Shown: piece by piece, positions 19,426-27,231 of the stretch
Numbering within the stretch: the first letter of the stretch is position 1
Layout: every line of letters begins with the position of its first letter
NCBI GenBank assembly: GCA_963675915.1
Contig: OY780959.1
Coordinates: 2,370,001 to 2,402,000 of the forward strand
Reading direction: 5' to 3'
DNA: 32,000 nucleotides
Origin: Coprobacillaceae bacterium
GTDB lineage: Bacteria > Bacillota_I > Bacilli_A > Erysipelotrichales > Coprobacillaceae
Program-made: the position numbers and the translations under genes
Notes under the pieces: model-generated
The model's database searches: none
What the model saw: only the letters and a program-made list of their open reading frames with translations
What the model was told of the DNA's origin: nothing

Positions 19426-20253
19426 GTGATTGAATTACCCGAAGCACGAGTGCTTGCAAAACAGATCAAAGAGATATTGAGCGGAAAAAAGGTCATAGAA
19501 GTTATCGCAAATCATTCGCCTCATAAATTTGCCTGGTTAAGCGGCGACTCCGAGTTTTACACTAACATCCTCAAAGGAAGAAAAATGACTGGGGCCAAGG
19601 CGGTAGCCGGCTTTGTCGAAATCGACTTTGGCGGACCCAAACTTCTCTTCAGTGATGGCACTAGGTGTCGTTATCTTGAGGGTAAAGATAAAATCCCCAA
19701 AAAACATCAGTTGTTATTAAGGTTCGATGATGATTCGGTTCTGGTTGCTTCAGTCCAGATGTATGGCGGGATGTGGTGTTATGAGGAAAAGGTGGACAAT
19801 GAATATTATCTGATAGCTTTTAACAAACCGACTCCTTATACCCGAGAATTCAGCTATGAATATTTTAATGAATTGATTAGCGAGTCCCAATTGGAGAACA
19901 AAAGTGTCAAGGAAGTACTGGCAACCAAGCAGCGGATTCCCGGTCTTGGAAATGGGGTGCTTCAGGATATCCTCTTTAATGCGAAAATCCATCCCAAAAG
20001 AAAAATAGGAACTTTGTCAAAAACTGAAATCAGGAAATTGTATCATTCGGTAGTCAAAACGCTCAAAGAAATGGCAAAAAAGGGCGGTCGGGATACTGAG
20101 AAGGATCTTTTTGGCAACGATGGTGGGTATCAAACCAAGGCCAGCAGGTTGACCTTAGCCAAACCGTGCCCGGATTGCGGCAGTGAGATTAAAAAGAAAT
20201 CTTATCTGGGTGGAACGGTCTATTTTTGCGAAAAATGCCAGCGTGAAAAATGA
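19426..20253 (+). CDS. Fpg/Nei-family DNA glycosylase-like protein with non-canonical N-terminus
   Basis: 275 aa with a GTG start 6 nt after GAGGTGA. The N-terminus MIELPEA compares with canonical MPELPEV. H2TH region IPGLGNGVLQDILFNAKIHP. C-terminal zinc finger CPDCG...CEKCQ. Confidence 0.8.
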   Translation: MIELPEARVLAKQIKEILSGKKVIEVIANHSPHKFAWLSGDSEFYTNILKGRKMTGAKAVAGFVEIDFGGPKLLFSDGTRCRYLEGKDKIPKKHQLLLRFDDDSVLVASVQMYGGMWCYEEKVDNEYYLIAFNKPTPYTREFSYEYFNELISESQLENKSVKEVLATKQRIPGLGNGVLQDILFNAKIHPKRKIGTLSKTEIRKLYHSVVKTLKEMAKKGGRDTEKDLFGNDGGYQTKASRLTLAKPCPDCGSEIKKKSYLGGTVYFCEKCQREK

Positions 20254-20345
20254 AATAGTTAATAACCGAAATAAAAATCGAAAGGAAGAGTATATTGTAA
20301 ATTGGCGGATAGGCTAGTCAATATATAATATGCCAGACTCATAAT

Positions 20346-20825
20346 ATGGAATACCAAGCGAAGATAAAAGAACTACCTGAGTGTATTGTCTATTCGACAA
20401 CCATGGTCCTACCCGACTATGATGCCTATTTTGACTTGATCCCGCCATTAGGGGAAAAAGTCATGGCGAAATATCCAGATCTTAAATGCAGCTCACCGGA
20501 ATATTGTTTTGTGAAATACCTTGATGGTCAGTACAAGGACAAAGATATCAATATTGAATTCTGCGAGGCTGTTAATCAGTTGAAGCCGGATTTTGATGAC
20601 ATTGTCTTCAAGAAAATTGAACCGGTTGATGCCGTCTCTGTTATCCATAAGGGGCCATATGCAACCATTTCTAACGCATATGCCTACTTGATGCAATGGA
20701 TTGAGGAAAACGGCTATATCATAACTGACTATCCCAGAGAAAAGTATATCGACGGAATTTGGAATAAGGAAAGTGAATCCGAATGGGTGACGGAACTTCA
20801 AATCCCGGTTGTTAAAAAATCATAG
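20346..20825 (+). CDS. GyrI-like small-molecule-binding domain protein
   Basis: 159 aa. The duplicated beta-alpha-beta-beta pattern (IKELPECIVYS ... VSVIHKGPYATISNAYAYLMQWIEENGY) is typical of the GyrI/SbmC/AraC-effector domain. No obvious SD. Confidence 0.7.
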   Translation: MEYQAKIKELPECIVYSTTMVLPDYDAYFDLIPPLGEKVMAKYPDLKCSSPEYCFVKYLDGQYKDKDINIEFCEAVNQLKPDFDDIVFKKIEPVDAVSVIHKGPYATISNAYAYLMQWIEENGYIITDYPREKYIDGIWNKESESEWVTELQIPVVKKS

Positions 20826-20865
20826 GGATTGGTGGGAATATTCCTGGATAATAGGAGGGATGATT

Positions 20866-21393
20866 GTGGCCAAAAAAAGGAAAATGTTAAGTGGCTGGCA
20901 GGCAGATTACATCCAGTCCCTGATGGGCGTTATTGAAACCCAAAGCAAGATAACCTTGGTCAACTGGGCGGTTGAATATTCAAGCGATATACTCCTCCCT
21001 CTCTGGATCAAGTATTACCCCGATGACTTGAGGCCCCAAGCGGCTCTTGATGGTTCCAGGAGCTGGCTAACCGGGGAAATAAAGCTTCCCGAGGCCAAGA
21101 AACTGATTCTTGAATGCCATCAGGCAGCCCGAGATTCTGACGAAAACCCTGTGGCCCAAGCAGCAGCTCGGGCGATTGGACAAAGTGCTTCAACCATCCA
21201 TTCAGCCCGGCATTGCATCGGACTGGCTTTCTATGGCGCTTTGGCATTGGCATATGATGCTTTGGGTACTGAGGCGCCATGGGATCAAATCGAGAGATAT
21301 GCGGCTGAAGAGTGTGCGATGATGGAAGCTGCTTTGCGGAAAATAGCAGTGGATAATGAACTTAATCCTGCGAAAATTGATTGGAAATGTTGA
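20866..21393 (+). CDS. all-alpha protein, possibly Imm-5-like putative immunity family
   Basis: ORF track 20809..21393. The GTG at 20866 lies 6 nt after AGGAGGG. The Ala-rich helical pattern SRSWLTGE...ECHQAARDS...AQAAARAIGQSASTIHSARHC resembles Imm-5-like proteins as I remember them. The function call is weak. Confidence 0.45.
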   Translation: MAKKRKMLSGWQADYIQSLMGVIETQSKITLVNWAVEYSSDILLPLWIKYYPDDLRPQAALDGSRSWLTGEIKLPEAKKLILECHQAARDSDENPVAQAAARAIGQSASTIHSARHCIGLAFYGALALAYDALGTEAPWDQIERYAAEECAMMEAALRKIAVDNELNPAKIDWKC

Positions 21394-21512
21394 AAAACAA
21401 AAGATCCGGATAAAACCGGACTGAACGGTACTCGTTTCTTTTCGCACCCATTGTTCTTTTGCGATGGCGGATGATTGCTTTATTTGAACTGAATAATAGA
21501 ATCAATGACAGT

Positions 21513-21545
21513 AAAAAGTCGCTCGATTATTTGAGCGACTTTTTA
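21513..21545. terminator. bidirectional terminator between convergent genes
   Basis: AAAAAGTCGCTC-gattattt-GAGCGACTTTTT. Confidence 0.7.
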
Positions 21546-21559
21546 CTTAGGGTAATAGT

Positions 21560-21871
21560 TTATCCCAGGTTGTTCATGGCTTTTTTTAGTGATTCTTCGA
21601 CTGACTGGGCCACTTCAATCAGACTGTCATCTTTGATTGATTTGATCAATTCGGTTGGCGAAAGCATTCCCATGTAAACTTGGCCCTTGAGATCGTAGAC
21701 AACCACTTTGCAGGGAAGAAAGTATCCGGCCTCAAGACATTTTTCCTGAAGTTTGTCTTTGAAGTTGAGTTCCCATAAGATACCGAATTATTCTTGGGCC
21801 AGGGCAGATTTAAATTTATCGACTGTAGTATTAAAGTCGTATGGCGAAGCTACCTTATATTGGATGTTCAT
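21560..21871 (-). pseudogene. DUF302-family gene inactivated by an in-frame TAA
   Basis: The minus-strand hand translation is MNIQYKVASPYDFNTTVDKFKSALAQE*FGILWELNFKDKLQEK...LPCKVVVYDLKGQVYMGMLSPTEL...NNLG*. The stop is codon 28 (21788-21790). An SD-like AAAGGCGG lies upstream. The product also appears to lack the central segment of the family. Confidence 0.6.
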
Positions 21872-22022
21872 AATTAACCGCCTTTGGTTATTTTTATTGC
21901 TATTTAACTAATCAAATTATAGCACCCATAATTTTGGATCACAATCAATCCGACTTTAGGTTGCTTGGCTGGGGAAATATCATGGTTCAAGACCGGTTGA
22001 ATAGGGTAGAATCGCTCAATAA

Positions 22023-22051
22023 TGGATATTAAAATGCTTATATGTTATAAT
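22023..22051 (+). promoter_or_regulatory. candidate promoter of the NYN gene
   Basis: TGGATA, a 17-nt spacer ending in TGT, then TATAAT (22046-22051). Confidence 0.4.
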
Positions 22052-22095
22052 TTGTTTAAGAAATATTCAATAATACAAATGCAAGGGAAAATAAT

Positions 22096-23076
22096 ATGGA
22101 AGATAAAAACATAGCTTTACTAATAGACGCTGACAATATCAGCCACCGTTATGTCAAAAGCATATTCGATGAATTGAATTCATATGGTACAGTTTCAATC
22201 AGGCGGATTTATGGAAACTGGAAACGGGATCATGGCTGGCGTGAGGAATTGTTTTTGGAATATTCAATTTCACCAATCCAGCAGTTTGACTATACCAAAG
22301 GTAAGAATGCGACCGATATGGCCATGACCATCGACGCAATGGACATGCTCTATCTCAACCAGGTAGATATATTCTGCATCATTACCAGTGACAGTGATTT
22401 CACAAAACTGGCAATCAGATTGCGGGAGTCCCAAAAGTATGTTATTGGGATGGGGGATTCAAAGACGCCAACTGCCTTGACCAAGGCCTGCAACAAGTTT
22501 GTGATGCTCGATCTGATTGAATCGGACGATTACGATTCTGGCGAATCCGCTGATGTTTCGCCGCATGTCAAAACTCACAAGACCAACAAGCACGACGGAT
22601 CAAATGTTACCCCGCTTAACCAGATTGAAGAAGCAGTGGTTAATATGATACCTGAAGCCGGACTGATATCACTAGGAGAAATCGGATCTCATCTCAACAA
22701 GTTGTTTTCGGATTTTGATGTCAGAAATTACGGATATGCCAAATTGAATATCCTGTTCAAGGAAGAATTCAACAAACTTAAAATTGAAGAGCATGACCGT
22801 ACTTATTATGTATCGATGAAAAATGAAGTCGGCATTGAGCGGGTAACCGAGGAAATCGAGGATTTCATTGCCCGAAATGGCGGATCAGTTGAAAATCTAT
22901 CCAAGATTCATGGGGCTTTGAAGGCTAAATACAAGAACTTCAATCTCAAGGATTATGGTTACAGTCGCTTCTCAAGTTTTTTAAGAAGCATCAACAGTGT
23001 GAAGGTTGATGGCAACAAGGTCAAATTGAAAGGGAAAACCCCGAGCCGTAAAAAACGTCAATTCTTCAATGATTAA
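22096..23076 (+). CDS. NYN (LabA-like PIN-fold) nuclease domain protein with two C-terminal OST-HTH/LOTUS domains
   Basis: 326 aa. NYN motifs are ALLIDADNIS and CIITSDSDFTKLAIRLRE..VIGMG. An acidic linker follows. Then come two modules of about 70 aa with the GY.KL/GYSRFSSFL signature of OST-HTH. Confidence 0.85.
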   Translation: MEDKNIALLIDADNISHRYVKSIFDELNSYGTVSIRRIYGNWKRDHGWREELFLEYSISPIQQFDYTKGKNATDMAMTIDAMDMLYLNQVDIFCIITSDSDFTKLAIRLRESQKYVIGMGDSKTPTALTKACNKFVMLDLIESDDYDSGESADVSPHVKTHKTNKHDGSNVTPLNQIEEAVVNMIPEAGLISLGEIGSHLNKLFSDFDVRNYGYAKLNILFKEEFNKLKIEEHDRTYYVSMKNEVGIERVTEEIEDFIARNGGSVENLSKIHGALKAKYKNFNLKDYGYSRFSSFLRSINSVKVDGNKVKLKGKTPSRKKRQFFND

Positions 23077-23148
23077 TTGGCGAGTTGACTCATGAGCATA
23101 TAATAAAGCTGAAAATATGTGTCGGGATTCCAAAAATATTTTCGATGC

Positions 23149-23178
23149 TTGACTTGGAAATCAATTTATAATTATAAT
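23149..23178 (+). promoter_or_regulatory. candidate sigma-A promoter
   Basis: TTGACT (23149-23154), an 18-nt spacer, then TATAAT (23173-23178). Confidence 0.5.
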
Positions 23179-23231
23179 AAATTTGTTTTAGAATAACTTT
23201 TTATTATAATGTGATATTCAGGAGAAAAATC

Positions 23232-24032
23232 ATGAAATTATATATATTGAACACTGGTTATCTGGAGACAGATAAAAACAATGTGGTTGCCTGTGCGACA
23301 GTCGGGACCTACAGCCAGCCCCAAGTAACAAATGAATGGATCAAATTGCCGGTTATGGCCTTTTTGATTGAAACTGACAATGGCTACATTCTTTATGATA
23401 CAGGAAGCAATCCCGAAGCAATGAATGGATATTGGCCCAAAAATCTACAGGAAGTATACCCACTATATCAAAAGCGTGAAGAGCGCCTGGAACAGCAATT
23501 GGCGCTTTGCGGTGTCAAACCGGAAGATATCAAGACAGTTGTCCTGTCTCATATGCACCTTGATCATGCGGGTAACCTTGAGCTGTTCCCACATGCTGAT
23601 GTCTATGTGCCTAAAGCTGATTTTGCTCAGGCTCAAGTTCAGGTAAGACTGAATACCAATCCGGCAACTCATGGCGGATACATCAAGGCTGATCTTGATG
23701 TTGCAGTCGGACAGTACCATCTTGTCGAGGAAGATTTTGAATTGGCACCGGGAATCGAAATTCTGAATTTGCCAGGTCACACACCTGGTTTGTTGGGAAT
23801 GATGGTTCACCTGGATGGCGGAACTTACATTTTGCCTCAGGATTGCGTTTATACACAAGAGATTTATGGTCCACCAGCTAAAGCCTCAGGATTGCTGTAT
23901 GACAGCCTGGCTTTCTTCAAATCAATCGAGAAAGTCCGTAAACTTCAGAAACAGTATGATGCGGAAGTGGTCTTTGCCCATGATATGGAATATTTCAAGA
24001 CTCTAAAAACGGCACCAGAACATTACGAATAA
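23232..24032 (+). CDS. metallo-beta-lactamase fold N-acyl-homoserine-lactonase-like hydrolase
   Basis: The ORF track starts at 23211, but the ATG at 23232 follows GGAGA. The Zn motif is SHMHLDHAGN (HxHxDH). Downstream His and Asp residues occur (LPGHTPG, FAHD). The opening MKLYILNTGY is typical of the AiiA/AhlS-like group. Confidence 0.8.
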   Translation: MKLYILNTGYLETDKNNVVACATVGTYSQPQVTNEWIKLPVMAFLIETDNGYILYDTGSNPEAMNGYWPKNLQEVYPLYQKREERLEQQLALCGVKPEDIKTVVLSHMHLDHAGNLELFPHADVYVPKADFAQAQVQVRLNTNPATHGGYIKADLDVAVGQYHLVEEDFELAPGIEILNLPGHTPGLLGMMVHLDGGTYILPQDCVYTQEIYGPPAKASGLLYDSLAFFKSIEKVRKLQKQYDAEVVFAHDMEYFKTLKTAPEHYE

Positions 24033-24034
24033 TC

Positions 24035-24063
24035 AAGCAGGATGTGTTTCCTGCTTTTTTTTT
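24035..24063 (+). terminator. rho-independent terminator
   Basis: AGCAGGA-tgtgtt-TCCTGCT followed by a 9-T run. Confidence 0.8.
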
Positions 24064-24140
24064 ACGTTTAATATGATAAAATATAAGTAATCTAATATGA
24101 TGTGTTTAAAGTGAGAAGTTTTGAAGAAAGGATGATTTTT

Positions 24141-26177
24141 ATGATTAACAAGATATTGAAATTATCGCTTGTTATCACACTTTTATCATCATTGGCGTTA
24201 TTTGCGCCGACCCAGGTCTCCGGACTGGGGGTCAACGGCAATGAAAAGGTCAAGGTTTTGATCGGGTTTAAGAATAAGCCGGGAAAATCAGAAAAGGCCC
24301 TGATTAAAGCTTTGGGCGGTGAAGTTCGGTATGCCTATGAAATAATACCGACCATCGCGGCCAGTCTTCCCGAAGCTGCTATCGCCAATTTGGAACGAAA
24401 CCCCAATGTGACGATGATCGAACCTGATGTCACAGTTTATGCCAATGATGAATTGGCTAACACCTGGGGCGTTGATCGAATTGAGGCTGATCTGGTCCAA
24501 GCTGCTGGCAATACCGGAGCAGGAGTTAAAGTGGCAGTAATCGATTCAGGAATCGATATTGACCATCCTGATTTGGCAGCCAATTATAAAGGTGGCTATG
24601 ATTTTGTCAATAAAGATAAGTATCCAGATGATGATTATGGCCATGGGACTCATGTGGCCGGAACAATCGCGGCCGAAGCAAATGGCATGGGGGTTATCGG
24701 CGTCGCTCCTGAGGCCGAAATATATGCCTTGAAAGTGTTGGGTTCTTCAGGAAGCGGTAACTTTAGCGATGTCATCGCGGCCCTGCAGTGGTGTTTCGAT
24801 AATGAGATCCAGGTGACCAATAATAGTTACGGTTCATCTACTGATCCGGGCTATCAAGTGGAAGATGCGTTTGACAAGCTTTATGAAGCCGGAATTATCA
24901 ATATTGCATCAGCCGGTAATGAAGGTAATCGCCCGGGAGCCGGTGACAATGTTGGATACCCTGCTAATTACGGTTCGGTAGTAGCAGTAGCGGCCACTGA
25001 TAGAGATAATGACCGGGCATATTTTTCCAGTACTGGTAACGCAGTGGAAGTATCAGCTCCAGGAGTTGATATCAGATCGACTGTTCCCGGTGGTGGCTAT
25101 GCTTCTTATAACGGCACATCTATGGCTTCGCCTCATGTTGCGGGTACAGCAGCTTTGATAATCAAATCCGGAATAACTGATCCTCTTGCAATCCGCAGCG
25201 TGCTTCAATTGAACGCAATCGATTTGGGATCTACAGGATGGGATTCAAAATACGGCTACGGCCTGATCGATGCCTACCAGAGTGTGCCAATATCCAACAC
25301 GGCACCAACAGTAGAAATTAGCCAACCTGCAAGTGGTATCACGGTTGATGAAGGAACCTCGGTTAGTTTCAATGCGAGCGCACTTGATAATGAGGATGGA
25401 AATTTGACGACTGAAATAATTTGGGAATCAGATCTCGATGGCACAATCGGAAGAGGCGGCTCATTCACGTCCAACCAGCTGTCTAGTGGGGCTCATGAGA
25501 TAACTGCCCAAGTTACCGATGGTGGTGGTCTGATTGGTCAGGATACCATAACGGTGAATATTACGCCGGATGCAACTAATACGGCACCGACTGTTGAAAT
25601 TTTAAATCCTATTAACGGAATGTCCTTCAATAGTGGAGAAACCATTTCATTTGAGGCTGAAGCTACTGATGTTGAGGAAGGAAATCTGACGGACGAATTA
25701 ATCTGGGAATCAGATCTTGATGGTATAATCGGAAGCAGCGGCGCATTTACGACAAATCAATTATCGGTAGGGACTCATACGATTATAGCTAGTGTTACCG
25801 ACAGCGGCGGATTAACCGGAAGTGCGAGCATAACAATTTTTGTCAGCTCTGTCGCATCGGTTGAAGATCATGTTCAAGTCGAGTCGATAACCTATGCCAC
25901 TACAGGGGGGCGGAACAATGATGCGCATTTGTTAATCTATGTTTACGTGATTGATGAAGCGGATAATCCAGTTGCCGGAGCCGATGTCTTGGCCGAACTA
26001 TTTGGCGGAACATCTTTGGTAAAAACGTATAGCGGCATAACTGATGCCCAGGGCATAGTTAGCTTCAAATTGCCAAATGTATCTAGCGGAGTCACTTATA
26101 CAACTGAAATTGTTGATGTGATTGCTTCGGGATATATCTTTGACGGCATGACACCTGAAAACAGTTTTTCGAAATAG
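24141..26177 (+). CDS. secreted subtilisin-like (S8) serine peptidase with tandem Ig-like repeats
   Basis: The ATG at 24141 lies 8 nt after AAAGGA. Signal peptide MINKILKLSLVITLLSSLALFAPTQVSG, followed by an inhibitor-I9-like propeptide. The triad is VAVIDSGID / HGTHVAGTIAA / GTSMASPHVAG. Two 94-aa repeats and a C-terminal beta-sandwich-like domain follow. I see no LPXTG anchor. Confidence 0.9.
   Translation: MINKILKLSLVITLLSSLALFAPTQVSGLGVNGNEKVKVLIGFKNKPGKSEKALIKALGGEVRYAYEIIPTIAASLPEAAIANLERNPNVTMIEPDVTVYANDELANTWGVDRIEADLVQAAGNTGAGVKVAVIDSGIDIDHPDLAANYKGGYDFVNKDKYPDDDYGHGTHVAGTIAAEANGMGVIGVAPEAEIYALKVLGSSGSGNFSDVIAALQWCFDNEIQVTNNSYGSSTDPGYQVEDAFDKLYEAGIINIASAGNEGNRPGAGDNVGYPANYGSVVAVAATDRDNDRAYFSSTGNAVEVSAPGVDIRSTVPGGGYASYNGTSMASPHVAGTAALIIKSGITDPLAIRSVLQLNAIDLGSTGWDSKYGYGLIDAYQSVPISNTAPTVEISQPASGITVDEGTSVSFNASALDNEDGNLTTEIIWESDLDGTIGRGGSFTSNQLSSGAHEITAQVTDGGGLIGQDTITVNITPDATNTAPTVEILNPINGMSFNSGETISFEAEATDVEEGNLTDELIWESDLDGIIGSSGAFTTNQLSVGTHTIIASVTDSGGLTGSASITIFVSSVASVEDHVQVESITYATTGGRNNDAHLLIYVYVIDEADNPVAGADVLAELFGGTSLVKTYSGITDAQGIVSFKLPNVSSGVTYTTEIVDVIASGYIFDGMTPENSFSK
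25296..25859 (+). repeat. 2 x 282-nt in-frame tandem repeat inside the S8 peptidase gene
   Basis: Units start at 25296 and 25578, and both open with NTAPTVEI. By my hand alignment 52 of 88 residues are identical. The conserved core is GNLT.E.IWESDLDG.IG..G.FT.NQLS.G.H.I.A.VTD.GGL.G. Confidence 0.85.
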
Positions 26178-26190
26178 TGATTATCAAAAA

Positions 26191-26221
26191 GATTGGAGAT
26201 GACATCTCCAGTCTTTTTTTT
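26191..26221 (+). terminator. rho-independent terminator
   Basis: GATTGGAGAT-gac-ATCTCCAGTC forms a 10-bp stem with one G-U pair, followed by an 8-T run. Confidence 0.85.
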
Positions 26222-26295
26222 GGTATTTTTGTCCAATGATTGGTGAATTTCGCTGAAAAGGGATTCGGTGATTTACAAGATCCAAGGCGGTTGAA

Positions 26296-26324
26296 TTGAC
26301 AAACTAAGGTTCTGACAATAGAAT
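26296..26324 (+). promoter_or_regulatory. candidate sigma-A promoter of the nitroreductase gene
   Basis: TTGACA (26296-26301), a 17-nt spacer, then TAGAAT (26319-26324). Confidence 0.55.
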
Positions 26325-26409
26325 TAATAATAGATGGAGCAAAATAATTTTTCAATTCAAAATTAATAGAATGTCATTTTAATTAAATCCCAATAAAGAG
26401 GTGGTCACT

Positions 26410-27075
26410 ATGAGTAAAAAAAATGATGTCTTGAATGCGGCTAGATTCCGCCGGGCAATCAAAGAATTTGATGAAACCAAGGTTATCAGTGATGAAGATT
26501 TTGACTATATTCTGGAAATTGGCCGATTGTCGCCAAGCTCGTTTGGCCTGGAACCGTGGCAGTTTGTCGTGATTCAAAACAAGGAATTGCGAGAAAAATT
26601 GGCGATACCTAGTTGGGGAGTACAGCGGCAATTGCCGGGCGCCAGTCATTATCTGGTGATTTTGGCGCGAAAAGCAGCAGAACTTCAAGTGGGTTCGGAC
26701 TATATGAAACATATGTTTTACGATATTGACGGTTATAATGATGAACGCGTAAGACAGCGATACGCAACTATTTCCAATTTCCAGGCCAATGAATTTGACT
26801 TGACTGATGAGAGGAAAATGTTTGATTGGGCCTGCAAACAGGCATACATCCCCTTGGCCAACATGATGTCGGCAGCGGCACAAATCGGGATTGATTCATG
26901 TCCTATAGAAGGGTTTGGCCGCGAGAAAGTTGAAGCGATTCTGGTTGAAGCCGGGATTCTTGATCCGGAAGTTTTTGGGGTGGCAGTGATGGCGGTTTTC
27001 GGATATCGAAAATCGGAAAATGAGTATCCTAAAGCAAGACGCCCCCTCGATGAAGTCGTTAAGTGGGTCAAGTAG
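26410..27075 (+). CDS. NAD(P)H nitroreductase family protein (NfsB-like)
   Basis: The ATG at 26410 lies 6 nt after GAGGTGG. Motifs RFRRAIKEF and GRLSPSSFGLEPWQFVVI are typical of the family. Confidence 0.85.
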   Translation: MSKKNDVLNAARFRRAIKEFDETKVISDEDFDYILEIGRLSPSSFGLEPWQFVVIQNKELREKLAIPSWGVQRQLPGASHYLVILARKAAELQVGSDYMKHMFYDIDGYNDERVRQRYATISNFQANEFDLTDERKMFDWACKQAYIPLANMMSAAAQIGIDSCPIEGFGREKVEAILVEAGILDPEVFGVAVMAVFGYRKSENEYPKARRPLDEVVKWVK

Positions 27076-27090
27076 AATCGATATTGATTA

Positions 27091-27122
27091 AAGATGGACC
27101 GGCTAGGCCGGTCCATCTTTAT
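27091..27122 (+). terminator. rho-independent terminator
   Basis: AAGATGGACCGGC-tag-GCCGGTCCATCTT forms a 13-bp stem followed by tatt. Confidence 0.8.
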
Positions 27123-27231
27123 TAGTGAAAGTGGCTGAGATGAAAATCAAACTAACCATTGACATCAAGGGTGCTTTAAGGGATATAGTAGATAGTAAGA
27201 TAATCATTGGAATGATTGGAGGTATTGGTCA

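Noticed and set aside
21459-21677. 72-aa plus-strand ORF
   Set aside because: It runs through a terminator hairpin and is antisense to the recognisable DUF302 pseudogene frame. It has no SD.
21788-21790. The in-frame TAA as evidence of stop-codon reassignment or programmed readthrough
   Set aside because: TAA clearly terminates many well-supported genes here (for example at 3101, 3614, 7403, 8652 and 19079), as do TGA and TAG. An ordinary nonsense mutation is the simpler explanation.
26383-26883. 166-aa minus-strand ORF opposite the nitroreductase gene
   Set aside because: It is a shadow ORF. The plus frame carries the family motifs, an SD, a promoter and a terminator.
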